Below are positions 8,041 to 15,386 of a DNA stretch of 55,051 nt, piece after piece (the stretch's first letter is position 1; each line of letters opens with the position of its first letter). Position numbers and translations under genes: made by a program. A model generated the notes under the pieces. It worked only from the letters and a program-made list of their open reading frames with translations, searched no databases and was not told the DNA's origin. The stretch is from an uncultured virus (IMG/VR IMGVR_UViG_3300029258_001513) (taxonomy: Duplodnaviria > Heunggongvirae > Uroviricota > Caudoviricetes), in the IMG/VR virus record IMGVR_UViG_3300029258_001513; one strand, 5' to 3'.

Positions 8041-8265
8041 ATGTTGAAACGATGTGGAATATGTGCGAAGCCGATACTCGGAGTGGGGCTTGAGGATGTT
8101 GCTTGTCCGGGACATAGGGATGTCCCGTTTGACGAGTGGGAATTACTGGTGATGAAATGCCCCAACGGTTCAGTGGCGATAGGAAGTGAAATTGAAATAC
8201 AAGGATGGCAGGAAGAAACAGAAGACCAGAACAAGCTGGTGCAAGTTCTGGAAGTGGCACCGTGA
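8041..8265 (+). CDS. Small hypothetical protein
   Basis: ATG directly after the tRNA CCA; CxxC. Confidence 0.45.
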   Translation: MLKRCGICAKPILGVGLEDVACPGHRDVPFDEWELLVMKCPNGSVAIGSEIEIQGWQEETEDQNKLVQVLEVAP

Positions 8266-8322
8266 GAAACGAACGTGCCGGAAGGAGGACACCATGAGCG
8301 AGGATGGCTATACAAGAGAAGG

Positions 8323-8379
8323 GAGATGCAAGTAAGGCAGACTGGCAATCTGCGCGTGGCCGTAACCTGCGTCTCACCA
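8323..8379 (+). ncRNA. Armless tRNA-like hairpin (GGC anticodon loop, ACCA end)
   Basis: GAGATGCA/TGCGTCTC-ACCA; GCAGA-CTGGCAA-TCTGC. Confidence 0.45.
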
Positions 8380-8383
8380 ATAT

Positions 8384-8474
8384 GGGCGGTTGTAGCTGAG
8401 CGGCGAAAGCACCAGACTGTAAATCTGGCACCTAATGGTAAACATCGGAGGTTCGAGTCCTTCACCGCCCACCA
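8384..8474 (+). tRNA. tRNA-Tyr(GTA)
   Basis: CCAGA-CTGTAAA-TCTGG, long variable arm, CCA. Confidence 0.88.
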
Positions 8475-8647
8475 AGTATTACTGAATCGGTGAGTATTCC
8501 CGATAAGTAATAAAGGCAATTTGAGTAATAGAAGGGAAACAATAGTTCCCGAATAGGAACTTGAGCAACAAAAGGGAGCAGGAACGACTCTTTTTGTTAC
8601 ACGAAATACAACATAAATGTTGTGAAAGGCGACACGGAATACAACAT

Positions 8648-8721
8648 GGCGGGTTGGCCGAGTGGCTAGGTGCGTGGCTGCAAACCACGATACATCAGTT
8701 CGATTCTGATACCCGCCTCCA
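8648..8721 (+). tRNA. tRNA-Cys(GCA)
   Basis: CGTGG-CTGCAAA-CCACG, U73, CCA. Confidence 0.92.
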
Positions 8722-8806
8722 ATGATTCCACGGATATGTTCAATTTCACTGCCGAGTGAAATGAACGGTTTCAGTAAAACGAAATGAGTCGTTGTCCGAG
8801 TGGCGA

Positions 8807-8881
8807 GGTGCGATGGCCGAGGGGTAAGGCGGGAATCTGCAAAATTCCATTTCATCAGTTCGATTCTGATTCGCACTTCCA
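8807..8881 (+). tRNA. tRNA-Cys(GCA), second copy
   Basis: GGAAT-CTGCAAA-ATTCC, U73, CCA. Confidence 0.9.
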
Positions 8882-8883
8882 AA

Positions 8884-9108
8884 ATGAAGACGAAGTTGAT
8901 ATCGAGGGTACTTGAGAGAAGAATTGAAGCCAGAGAGAACGCTGCTGCCCTATTTGGAAGGGTATGTCGGGATTACGACGGGTGGGCCTGCTGGTCGGGC
9001 TCAGAGGATTGCATGATGGTTCACAAGAAGGTCGGGAAAAGAGGAGGCCCCGAGACAAGGTTTGTCAGGGGCTCCGTGGCAGTCGTTGCGGATGAGAGGC
9101 CAGCGTAA
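8884..9108 (+). CDS. Small hypothetical cargo protein
   Basis: ORF between tRNA-Cys and an orphan tRNA 3' half. Confidence 0.5.
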   Translation: MKTKLISRVLERRIEARENAAALFGRVCRDYDGWACWSGSEDCMMVHKKVGKRGGPETRFVRGSVAVVADERPA

Positions 9109-9166
9109 ACTCGCTACATCAGTTTAATTCTGATACGGCTCTTCGGGTGAAGAAAGGAGACGTAAG

Positions 9167-9406
9167 GTGAGATTAGACGACGTGATTGTTGGCTTGAGGA
9201 AGATTGGCCTGTGTGCCTGTCATGTCGAGTGTTTTGGGACTGAAGAAGGAATCGGACATTACAGCCATCCGTATCCCGGAGACCAGTATGGCTGGTTCAA
9301 GACCAAGAACGGCATGTTGATAATGGTGGTCTTTTACAAGCCGATAACGGAGGATAAGAAGAGGATTGCCGAGGATTGGATTGAGAAGTGGGAAATTCAC
9401 GTGTAG
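9167..9406 (+). CDS. Small hypothetical cargo protein
   Basis: AGGAG RBS; flanked by duplicated tRNA 3' fragments. Confidence 0.6.
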   Translation: MRLDDVIVGLRKIGLCACHVECFGTEEGIGHYSHPYPGDQYGWFKTKNGMLIMVVFYKPITEDKKRIAEDWIEKWEIHV

Positions 9407-9474
9407 TTCAATTCTGATACGGCTCTCTAAGTGTTTGCACAAAGAGACATAATACGCTACATTGTGCAAATGGT

Positions 9475-9502
9475 TCAGAATTATCGTTGTCTTGTGCAAT
9501 GA
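9475..9502 (+). promoter_or_regulatory. Phage promoter motif A
   Basis: TCAGAAT-N13-TGCAATGA ahead of an ncRNA. Confidence 0.75.
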
Positions 9503-9512
9503 GGGAAGCGAA

Positions 9513-9666
9513 GGGCAGTGCCAAGGTCGGCACCGTACTGGCGAAAGCCGATACCCCGGCGATAACCGAAAAGGGTCGCAACCTTACGGGTCGGGGATTG
9601 CCGGGGAACGGCATTCAGGCATACCGTGGTGCGGCATGATGAGTTCGACTCTCATACTGTCCATCA
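9513..9666 (+). ncRNA. tRNA-like RNA with G3:U70/A73 and anticodon loop replaced by a structured insert
   Basis: GGGCAGT/ACTGTCC-A, ATGAG-TTCGACT-CTCAT T arm, CCGTACT/GGTGCGG closing stem. Confidence 0.65.
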
Positions 9667-9674
9667 GATTTGAT

Positions 9675-9703
9675 TCCAGTGTGGCTCAATTGGTAGAGCG
9701 GGG
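9675..9703 (+). pseudogene. Orphan tRNA 5' half (Asn-like)
   Basis: TCCAGTG-TG-GCTC-AATTGGTA-GAGC truncated just before the HNH gene promoter. Confidence 0.6.
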
Positions 9704-9716
9704 ATAACACGTCTTG

Positions 9717-9732
9717 ATAATTCTTTGATATT
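9717..9732 (+). promoter_or_regulatory. Phage promoter motif B
   Basis: ATAATTCTTTGATATT upstream of AGGAGG RBS. Confidence 0.6.
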
Positions 9733-9759
9733 GGTTTCTCTCTGTAGAAGGAGGTTACC

Positions 9760-10308
9760 ATGTCAAAGAGTTCAGAGAAGGTTAAGAGGTGGCGGCGAAG
9801 GACAAAAGAGCGTTTGGTAAGGGCAATGGGTGGGGAGTGTGTATGTTGTGGGTACTCAAAGTGCTTGGATGCTCTTGAATTCCATCATCGAGACCCGAAT
9901 GAGAAGGATGTGGGTATAGGGGGAATCCGTGGAAATGTGGTTGCATGGAAAAGGATTATTGAAGAGGTAAAGAAATGCGTCCTTGTGTGTAGTAATTGTC
10001 ATAAGGAAATTCATCGTGGAATATCTTTTATTCCTGTCGATGCGAAAGGGTTTGACGAATCTTATGAGGATTATCGAAAAAGTAAGGTGATTGAGATGGA
10101 GCCGTGTCCTGTTTGTGGCGGACCTAAAGCAACTCACCTGAAAACCTGCTCACATGTTTGTGCGGCAAAGAGGAAAAGTCCCGTTGATTGGGATTCTGTG
10201 AATCTTGAAGGGATGATGAAGGAGATGTCATTTGCGGAAATAGGTGACGAACTTGATGTTTCTGATATGGCAGTTCGTAAAAGGGCTAAAAAGTTAGGTC
10301 TAGTGTGA
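9760..10308 (+). CDS. HNH homing endonuclease
   Basis: GGECVCCGY..LEFHHRDP..LVCSNCHKEIH; C-terminal HTH-like segment; AT-rich. Confidence 0.85.
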   Translation: MSKSSEKVKRWRRRTKERLVRAMGGECVCCGYSKCLDALEFHHRDPNEKDVGIGGIRGNVVAWKRIIEEVKKCVLVCSNCHKEIHRGISFIPVDAKGFDESYEDYRKSKVIEMEPCPVCGGPKATHLKTCSHVCAAKRKSPVDWDSVNLEGMMKEMSFAEIGDELDVSDMAVRKRAKKLGLV

Positions 10309-10309
10309 T

Positions 10310-10400
10310 TCATCGGTACGCTAATTGGTAAGCGACGAAGCTGTTAACTTCGCGTATGGGAGCAATCCCTATGGAGGTTCGAGTCCTCCCCGATGAGCCA
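10310..10400 (+). tRNA. tRNA-Asn(GTT) with long variable arm
   Basis: CGAAG-CTGTTAA-CTTCG, U1-A72, G73, CCA; 20-nt variable region. Confidence 0.85.
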
Positions 10401-10673
10401 GTTCCAAGGGTAGTTGGCTTAATGGCAGCCAGCTTTAATGAGTGGGTCGCTGAGAATCGTTCCGTGATCGCCGGAGGAATCCCGGCTATTCGGAATGGGG
10501 CAGCAGAGATGAGATACAGGCCGGACGCAACCGGATGTCAGACTGCTCTGTTGTCAGGCAAAGGGGGGTTGCGGCTCCCGGCGGGGAAAGCATTTCGTGT
10601 GATTCTTTAGCATCCCGCAGGCCATACTCAATCGCACGGTGGACTCTTTGGCGTAACAGCACGCCTTTGGAAC
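10401..10673 (+). ncRNA. Unidentified structured RNA
   Basis: Ends pair (GTTCCAAGGG/CCTTTGGAAC); fills the gap between tRNAs; several internal hairpins. Confidence 0.5.
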
Positions 10674-10677
10674 GTTT

Positions 10678-10752
10678 TGCGAGATGCGGCCAATTGGTCT
10701 AGGCCGGGGATAGCGCGTCCCGATGCAAGTTCGAGTCTTGCTCTCGCAGCCA
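10678..10752 (+). tRNA. tRNA-like gene with non-canonical anticodon loop (TAGCGCG)
   Basis: TGCGAGA/TCTCGCA-GCCA, intact D and T arms, no U33. Confidence 0.6.
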
Positions 10753-10753
10753 A

Positions 10754-10918
10754 TCGTCGAAACACGCTTCAGCAGTGAGATACTTCGCTTGCAAAGCCCG
10801 GTGCTCGTAAGAGCGTGCAGGTTCAAGCCCTGCTCCGGTGACTGAAAGGTTGCCGGATGGCGGAACTGGCAGACGCGCCGGATAACGTGACTCGTTGCGG
10901 CTATTGGTGTGGAGACGA
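10754..10918 (+). ncRNA. Y RNA (YrlA)-like permuted tRNA mimic, copy 2 (Leu-like)
   Basis: Same flanking strands as copy 1; encloses Leu-type variable arm, T arm, closed acceptor stem and GCGGAACTGGCAGACGC D arm. Confidence 0.7.
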
Positions 10919-11015
10919 AATGGAGGGTTGCCAGAGCATGGTAATGGGCGGAAAGCTGTTGCGTTGCTAGTTTGCTTATGATAGTCTGTCTGTGAATTAC
11001 CACGGGAGGACTGTC

Positions 11016-11534
11016 ATGGGAAGAAAAGCGAATGCAATTTGTGATAGGTGTGGGAAACCCTATTATCGAAGGCCATACCAAGAGGCTTACGAACACGGGT
11101 ATTGTTCTCGGAAGTGTTTTGCAGTTGGGAAAACCATTCCTGAGAGGGAGTGTCAGCACTGCAAGGCAATGTTCAAACCTGTGAAAAGGACGCAGCGGTA
11201 CTGTTCGAGAAGGTGTGCGGGGGTTGGCAGCAGGAGACCGTGGAGTACGAAGAAAAATGGAATGCCTCGTAATGCTAACGCGAAAAGGCTTGCGTTCCTG
11301 AAAGAGAAGTCTGGAGCGGATTGCTGTATGGTCCAAGGTTGTGATTATGGGAGGACGCTTGATGTTCATCGGTTAGTTGAAGGAAAGGATGGCGGGAAGT
11401 ATTCTTTGGGCAATATGTTTATGATATGTCCAAACCATCATGCGGAAATTCATCGTGGTGTCGTAAGAGTGGAGAAGGGGGGAGATTTCGTTCTTCGGGC
11501 GATAGACGCTGGAGACATGGCAGAGTCAGGCTAA
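11016..11534 (+). CDS. HNH endonuclease with N-terminal CxxC..YCS..C repeats
   Basis: LDVHRL..GGKYSLGNMFMICPNHHAEIH; GGAGGA RBS. Confidence 0.85.
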   Translation: MGRKANAICDRCGKPYYRRPYQEAYEHGYCSRKCFAVGKTIPERECQHCKAMFKPVKRTQRYCSRRCAGVGSRRPWSTKKNGMPRNANAKRLAFLKEKSGADCCMVQGCDYGRTLDVHRLVEGKDGGKYSLGNMFMICPNHHAEIHRGVVRVEKGGDFVLRAIDAGDMAESG

Positions 11535-11603
11535 TGCACTCGACTGCTAATCGAGAGGCGTCAGAGATGGCGTCCGTGGGTTCAAATCCCACTGTCTCCG
11601 CCA
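11511..11603 (+). tRNA. tRNA-Ser(GCT)
   Basis: CTCGA-CTGCTAA-TCGAG, long variable arm, GCCA; overlaps the HNH 3' end. Confidence 0.92.
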
Positions 11604-11617
11604 GAGAGGAGGATGAG

Positions 11618-11728
11618 ATGAATGCTTATGTACAACTGTTTCTTGGCATTCTTGTGGTATGTGCCATGTGGAAGATGGCAGATAGGATGTGTATTGTATT
11701 TCGCACAAGGAAGCGGGGGAGGCGTTGA
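11618..11728 (+). CDS. Small membrane peptide (36 aa)
   Basis: GGAGGA RBS; MNAYVQLFLGILVVCAMW...RKRGRR. Confidence 0.5.
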   Translation: MNAYVQLFLGILVVCAMWKMADRMCIVFRTRKRGRR

Positions 11729-11785
11729 TTGCTAAACCGAGACGCGGTAACACGTACAGGGGTTCAAATCCCTTACCCTCCGCCA

Positions 11786-11965
11786 GTTGCGAAGTACGCT
11801 TCAGCACGAGGGATACTTCTTCTAACTGTTGATTAGAACGACAAGGTTCGAGTCCTTGGCCCGGAGCCAATACGAGTAGTTGACGGATATGTCAACTGCG
11901 TGTATTCATTCCGGGTGCATGGTGCTAGTAATCGTGCCCCTTGGCGACTATCGGTACGGAGCAAC
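11786..11965 (+). ncRNA. Y RNA (YrlA)-like permuted tRNA mimic, copy 3 (Asn-like)
   Basis: Covarying flanks GTTGC..GTAC/GTAC..GCAAC; anticodon arm TCTAA-CTGTTGA-TTAGA, T arm, GCCCGGA-GCCA, TCCGGGT, D-like arm. Confidence 0.7.
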
Positions 11966-11968
11966 ATT

Positions 11969-12058
11969 GGAGAGTTGCCAGAGTCAGGTCAATCGGGCTC
12001 GCTTGGAAAGCGATGCGTGGTAAAACACACGGGGGTTCAAATCCCTCACTCTCCGCCA
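11969..12058 (+). tRNA. tRNA-Ser(GGA)
   Basis: TCGC-TTGGAAA-GCGA, GCCA. Confidence 0.9.
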
Positions 12059-12282
12059 GACCCGAACCGTGAAGTCCGGCGACTCATAATCAAAGGGCGT
12101 ACAGGAACGGGATAGGTGCCGCCCGACGGGGATGGGGCATTATACAGGGAGATGAAATGGCTACCACTTCTCAGATGGCTAGTTGAAAGACCCGTCAAGC
12201 TATAGGTCGAGGAGACAGGCCGGGAAGTTCTCCTGTGGGCCGTGGGTAGGTTGCAAGTATCCCACGGATACGTCTCCATCAA

Positions 12283-12373
12283 GGAAGGTTGCCAGAGTGG
12301 TAATGGGACGGTCTCGAAAACCGATGCCACGGTGATGAGCCGTGCGGGAGTTCAATCCTCTCACCTTCCGCCA
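12283..12373 (+). tRNA. tRNA-Ser(CGA)
   Basis: CGGT-CTCGAAA-ACCG, GCCA. Confidence 0.92.
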
Positions 12374-12534
12374 GAGTCGCTTCTTGTGTAGCGTGAATTG
12401 AAACGACGTGGGGAATCGTGAAGATGATGACACCAACATTTCGGTTGAGACAGCCCGGTGAAATGTCCATCACGGACAGGAAGAACATGCTGGCTCATCC
12501 GGGATGCGTGGTGACGTGGGATGAAACAGAGGAT

Positions 12535-12625
12535 GGAGGGTTGGCAGAGCGGGAATGCGACGGTCTTGAAAACCGATGCCACGGTGATGAGCCGTGCGGG
12601 AGTTCGATTCTCTCACCCTCCGCCA
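12535..12625 (+). tRNA. tRNA-Ser(TGA)
   Basis: CGGT-CTTGAAA-ACCG, GCCA. Confidence 0.92.
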
Positions 12626-12757
12626 GAGGAACACTTGGCTTGCGAGCCGGGTAACACGTGAAATGCCAAGTCTGAGAAATCCATCAGCGGCAGGCAGTTG
12701 CGACGGCACATAGTGGGCAAGACTGTTCGTTCCAGAGTACCCGTGTTCCTTGTTTTG

Positions 12758-12842
12758 GCCGGAGTGATGGAATTGGCAGACAACCTACACTTAAAATGTG
12801 GGGCTTTCGGGCGTGGGAGTTCGAGTCTCCCCTCCGGCACCA
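12758..12842 (+). tRNA. tRNA-Leu(TAA)
   Basis: CTACA-CTTAAAA-TGTGG, CCA. Confidence 0.9.
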
Positions 12843-12847
12843 TGTAC

Positions 12848-13120
12848 GGGCGTGTGGCAGAAGTGGACGAATGCACCAGTAATCCGGTAGTGAACTGGCT
12901 CCCGTAATAGGGGCACTGGCTGAGCACTCGGGGTAAATATAGCAGCGTTGTTGCGTTCCCTCAGAGACTCAAATTGGCAGGGTTGTAAAGAGCTTCCGTG
13001 GCGGTGTGCCCAAAGCGAAGAGTGGATGGTACGCGGGTTGGAGTAACAGCGCGGTGATGCCCGGTTCCCAAACGCCAATTGGTCAGTGTTTTACGGGTTC
13101 AAATCCCGTCACGTCCATCA
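12848..13120 (+). ncRNA. tRNA-like RNA with G3:U70/A73 and ~197-nt insert in place of the anticodon loop
   Basis: GGGCGTG/CACGTCC-A, D arm, CCAGT/ATTGG stem, ACGGG-TTCAAAT-CCCGT T arm. Confidence 0.7.
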
Positions 13121-13148
13121 ATCTCATTCAGTTGTCAGTGACTTCCTT

Positions 13149-13176
13149 TCAGAATCCTGCCTCTTTCGTGCAATGA
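13149..13176 (+). promoter_or_regulatory. Phage promoter motif A
   Basis: TCAGAAT-N13-TGCAATGA before ATG 13183. Confidence 0.75.
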
Positions 13177-13182
13177 AGGGGT

Positions 13183-13569
13183 ATGAAGACGAAAGAAGAA
13201 GCGACCCGACCCCGGATACCGCAGGTCGTGAAGACCAATCATCCGAAGCCCCATGACGATGTGTGGCGGCTTCCGGACGGCTGGTCCTACGAACTGGATT
13301 TCCAGATTTTCAGCCGGTCGCATTGTGTGACCATCCTCTATGAAACGCCCGCCTATACGGGAACTGTCTACTGGCATTTCAACTGTTGCTGGGGTGAGTT
13401 CGCCGGGGCTTTCGAGTGGGAGGGGGAAACCCTGCACGCTTCGTCCGGGGCTGACCTTGGTGAAAAGCTCGGCATCCCGAAGGACTACTATGTTCGTTCC
13501 GGTAAGGACGGCTGGCAGAAGCTCCTGACCCGCGAAATGTTCGAGATGTGGCTTCGGGAGCAGGCGTGA
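13183..13569 (+). CDS. Hypothetical protein
   Basis: ORF behind motif A. Confidence 0.7.
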   Translation: MKTKEEATRPRIPQVVKTNHPKPHDDVWRLPDGWSYELDFQIFSRSHCVTILYETPAYTGTVYWHFNCCWGEFAGAFEWEGETLHASSGADLGEKLGIPKDYYVRSGKDGWQKLLTREMFEMWLREQA

Positions 13570-14057
13570 ACGGCAAGCCCTACAGACCGACTTCCAAAGA
13601 CCCGGAGGTCGAGGCGGAGCTTCTGTATAACATGGGCTACCGGCAGGTTTCTCGTCGCTACGGGATGATTGCTCGGGTCGAAGTTCCCGACCTTGTGACG
13701 GCGATGAAGGCGAAGATGCCTCATTCCAAGATTGAGAACTGGAAGCCGCACGTCCGGGAATACCACTGGCTCAGGTATTTTTCAAAGGATGTCGTTCGCG
13801 GAGTTCCCGAGCCTGTTATGGCTGCTCTTCGGAGGATGTGTGGAGGCATGTGGGGCAAGGCTGTTGCGGTCGAGAGCGATACCGTTCCCATAGCTGTGTG
13901 TCGGGACAATACCGGGATGGAGGACTCTTTCGACCGGGGTGTCGATTACGTCGTAAGTCCCTGTGTTGAAAAGGGTTTCATTCGAGTGTACGACAAGCGA
14001 GGGATACCCCGGAAGTGCTTTCGGGGCAGGTTCTCGCCGGTTGTCGTGGGGAAATAG
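13566..14057 (+). CDS. Hypothetical protein
   Basis: GTGA-coupled to previous ORF. Confidence 0.65.
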   Translation: MNGKPYRPTSKDPEVEAELLYNMGYRQVSRRYGMIARVEVPDLVTAMKAKMPHSKIENWKPHVREYHWLRYFSKDVVRGVPEPVMAALRRMCGGMWGKAVAVESDTVPIAVCRDNTGMEDSFDRGVDYVVSPCVEKGFIRVYDKRGIPRKCFRGRFSPVVVGK

Positions 14058-14059
14058 GT

Positions 14060-14087
14060 TCAGAATCCTGCCTGTTTCGTGCAATGA
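14060..14087 (+). promoter_or_regulatory. Phage promoter motif A
   Basis: TCAGAAT-N13-TGCAATGA. Confidence 0.75.
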
Positions 14088-14114
14088 AGGTGTAGAATGA
14101 AGATGGAGGAGAGC

Positions 14115-14291
14115 ATGAAGAAAGCGGCTAAGAATGAGAAGGGATTCGGTTGTCACGATATCCCGTAGCAGCCTCAACGGCAGGATGCCTTGGACGACCA
14201 GTTGCGAGAGCTTACGATTGCTGGCAACAGGCTGGGGCTCTATGACGCCGTTGACGTGGTTCAGAGGCTCATAAAGAGTGGCAAGCGATGA
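14115..14291 (+). CDS. Small phage protein interrupted by in-frame TAG (14166-14168)
   Basis: GGAGGAG RBS; MKKAAKNEKGFGCHDIP*QPQRQDALDDQLRELTIAGNRLGLYDAVD...; TGA overlaps next ATG (ATGA). Confidence 0.6.
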
Positions 14292-14611
14292 GGGCATCTG
14301 AGAAATTCGGTGGTCTGGCGAGCCGTACTGACGGTCCTGACGAGTTTGCCCGTGAGGGATGCGATGCCGGAATGTTCGTTTCCATGTCTGAGGGTCGTCG
14401 AATCTGGCACGGCGTTGTGGAATGTCCCAAGTGCAAAGCTGCCATGAAAGAAACCCGTCAGATGCACCTGCACCATGTGGATGTCTTCATGGAGTGCCCG
14501 GACTGCAAGACGAGGGTTCCGCCACGGTGTACGTGTCACGGGATGGCGGAGGCTCTTCGCTCAAAGCCGTCGGCTCTCAAGCAGGCGGGATGGGGAGGGC
14601 TTGCACAATGA
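14288..14611 (+). CDS. Hypothetical Zn-ribbon protein
   Basis: CPKC..CPDC; ATGA-coupled. Confidence 0.6.
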   Translation: MRASEKFGGLASRTDGPDEFAREGCDAGMFVSMSEGRRIWHGVVECPKCKAAMKETRQMHLHHVDVFMECPDCKTRVPPRCTCHGMAEALRSKPSALKQAGWGGLAQ

Positions 14612-15066
14612 CCGCTGTTCGTGTCAGGCGAGAGACAGACCATACTCCGAGGTGGCAGCACGAGAGGAATCTCGCGGAGCATCTTGGATGGGAGTGTGTC
14701 CCGGATGCGAAGCGGGGAAACGGCTGGTGTAGTTTTCGGAAGGGCGATGTCCATGTGTGGCAGGGTCGCTATTGGGTCCGGGCACGTTTGATTGGTGACA
14801 CTTACCGTTTCCATCAACTGCACCAGAGACTCAGTGAGGCGTTGAGGGACGAGAATGGGATTGCGTTCGGTCCTGACTCCAATCCTCGCCGATACGTCCT
14901 GAGTGTGAGTTTCAAGATTGACCAGAATCGCAGCAGGGAGCGTTTGAGGTTCCTGCGTGATACTTGCGAGCGGGACGAGTTCGTGCTTATTGGATGTGCC
15001 GAGGGTGCTTTTGGCACCCGCCGTGGAGCGAATGAGTGGTGGGACAACTTGAGGCACACGCTATGA
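14608..15066 (+). CDS. Hypothetical protein
   Basis: ATGA-coupled ORF chain. Confidence 0.6.
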   Translation: MTAVRVRRETDHTPRWQHERNLAEHLGWECVPDAKRGNGWCSFRKGDVHVWQGRYWVRARLIGDTYRFHQLHQRLSEALRDENGIAFGPDSNPRRYVLSVSFKIDQNRSRERLRFLRDTCERDEFVLIGCAEGAFGTRRGANEWWDNLRHTL

Positions 15067-15386
15067 GAGGCTTGCAGGAACACACAGCCGTCAACTTGCC
15101 GAAGCTGCTGACCGCAGAGGAGCGGAAGTGGTACGACAAGCTGGAGAGGCGATTCCCTCACAAGAAACCGAGGGTGTTGCGTTCCAATGCCCGGCGGTTG
15201 GCGAAGGGGCTTCCGTCTCCCTTGCTCTCGGCAGTTCCGGCACGACCGGCGGTCCCGGCAGGAACGAACACGGACGGGTTGCCGGATGGAGCAGCATACT
15301 GGTGGGGAGCGAGAGGGCATGAGCACGTCGTGGAAGCCAAGCCCGCTCGTCCCGGACGCCCGGAAATCAAGCCGGAGGACTTGTGA
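15063..15386 (+). CDS. Hypothetical protein
   Basis: ATGA-coupled ORF chain. Confidence 0.55.
   Translation: MRGLQEHTAVNLPKLLTAEERKWYDKLERRFPHKKPRVLRSNARRLAKGLPSPLLSAVPARPAVPAGTNTDGLPDGAAYWWGARGHEHVVEAKPARPGRPEIKPEDL

Larger units (their letters stand above)
8786..9142 (+). pseudogene. Split tRNA-Cys-like gene: 5' half 8786-8809, 3' half 9107-9142, second 3' fragment 9405-9426
   Basis: GAGTCGT pairs with ACGGCTC; ATCAG/CTGAT T stem shared with the intact Cys tRNAs. Confidence 0.7.
10922..11785 (+). pseudogene. Split tRNA-Ser(GCT): 5' half 10922-10951, 3' half 11729-11785
   Basis: GGAGGGT pairs with ACCCTCC-GCCA; TTGCTAA loop retained on the 3' half. Confidence 0.8.

Noticed and set aside
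12881..13077. Group I intron in a tRNA
   Set aside because: CAGAGACTCA resembles the R element, but no matching S strand or terminal G is evident and no anticodon loop can be rebuilt.
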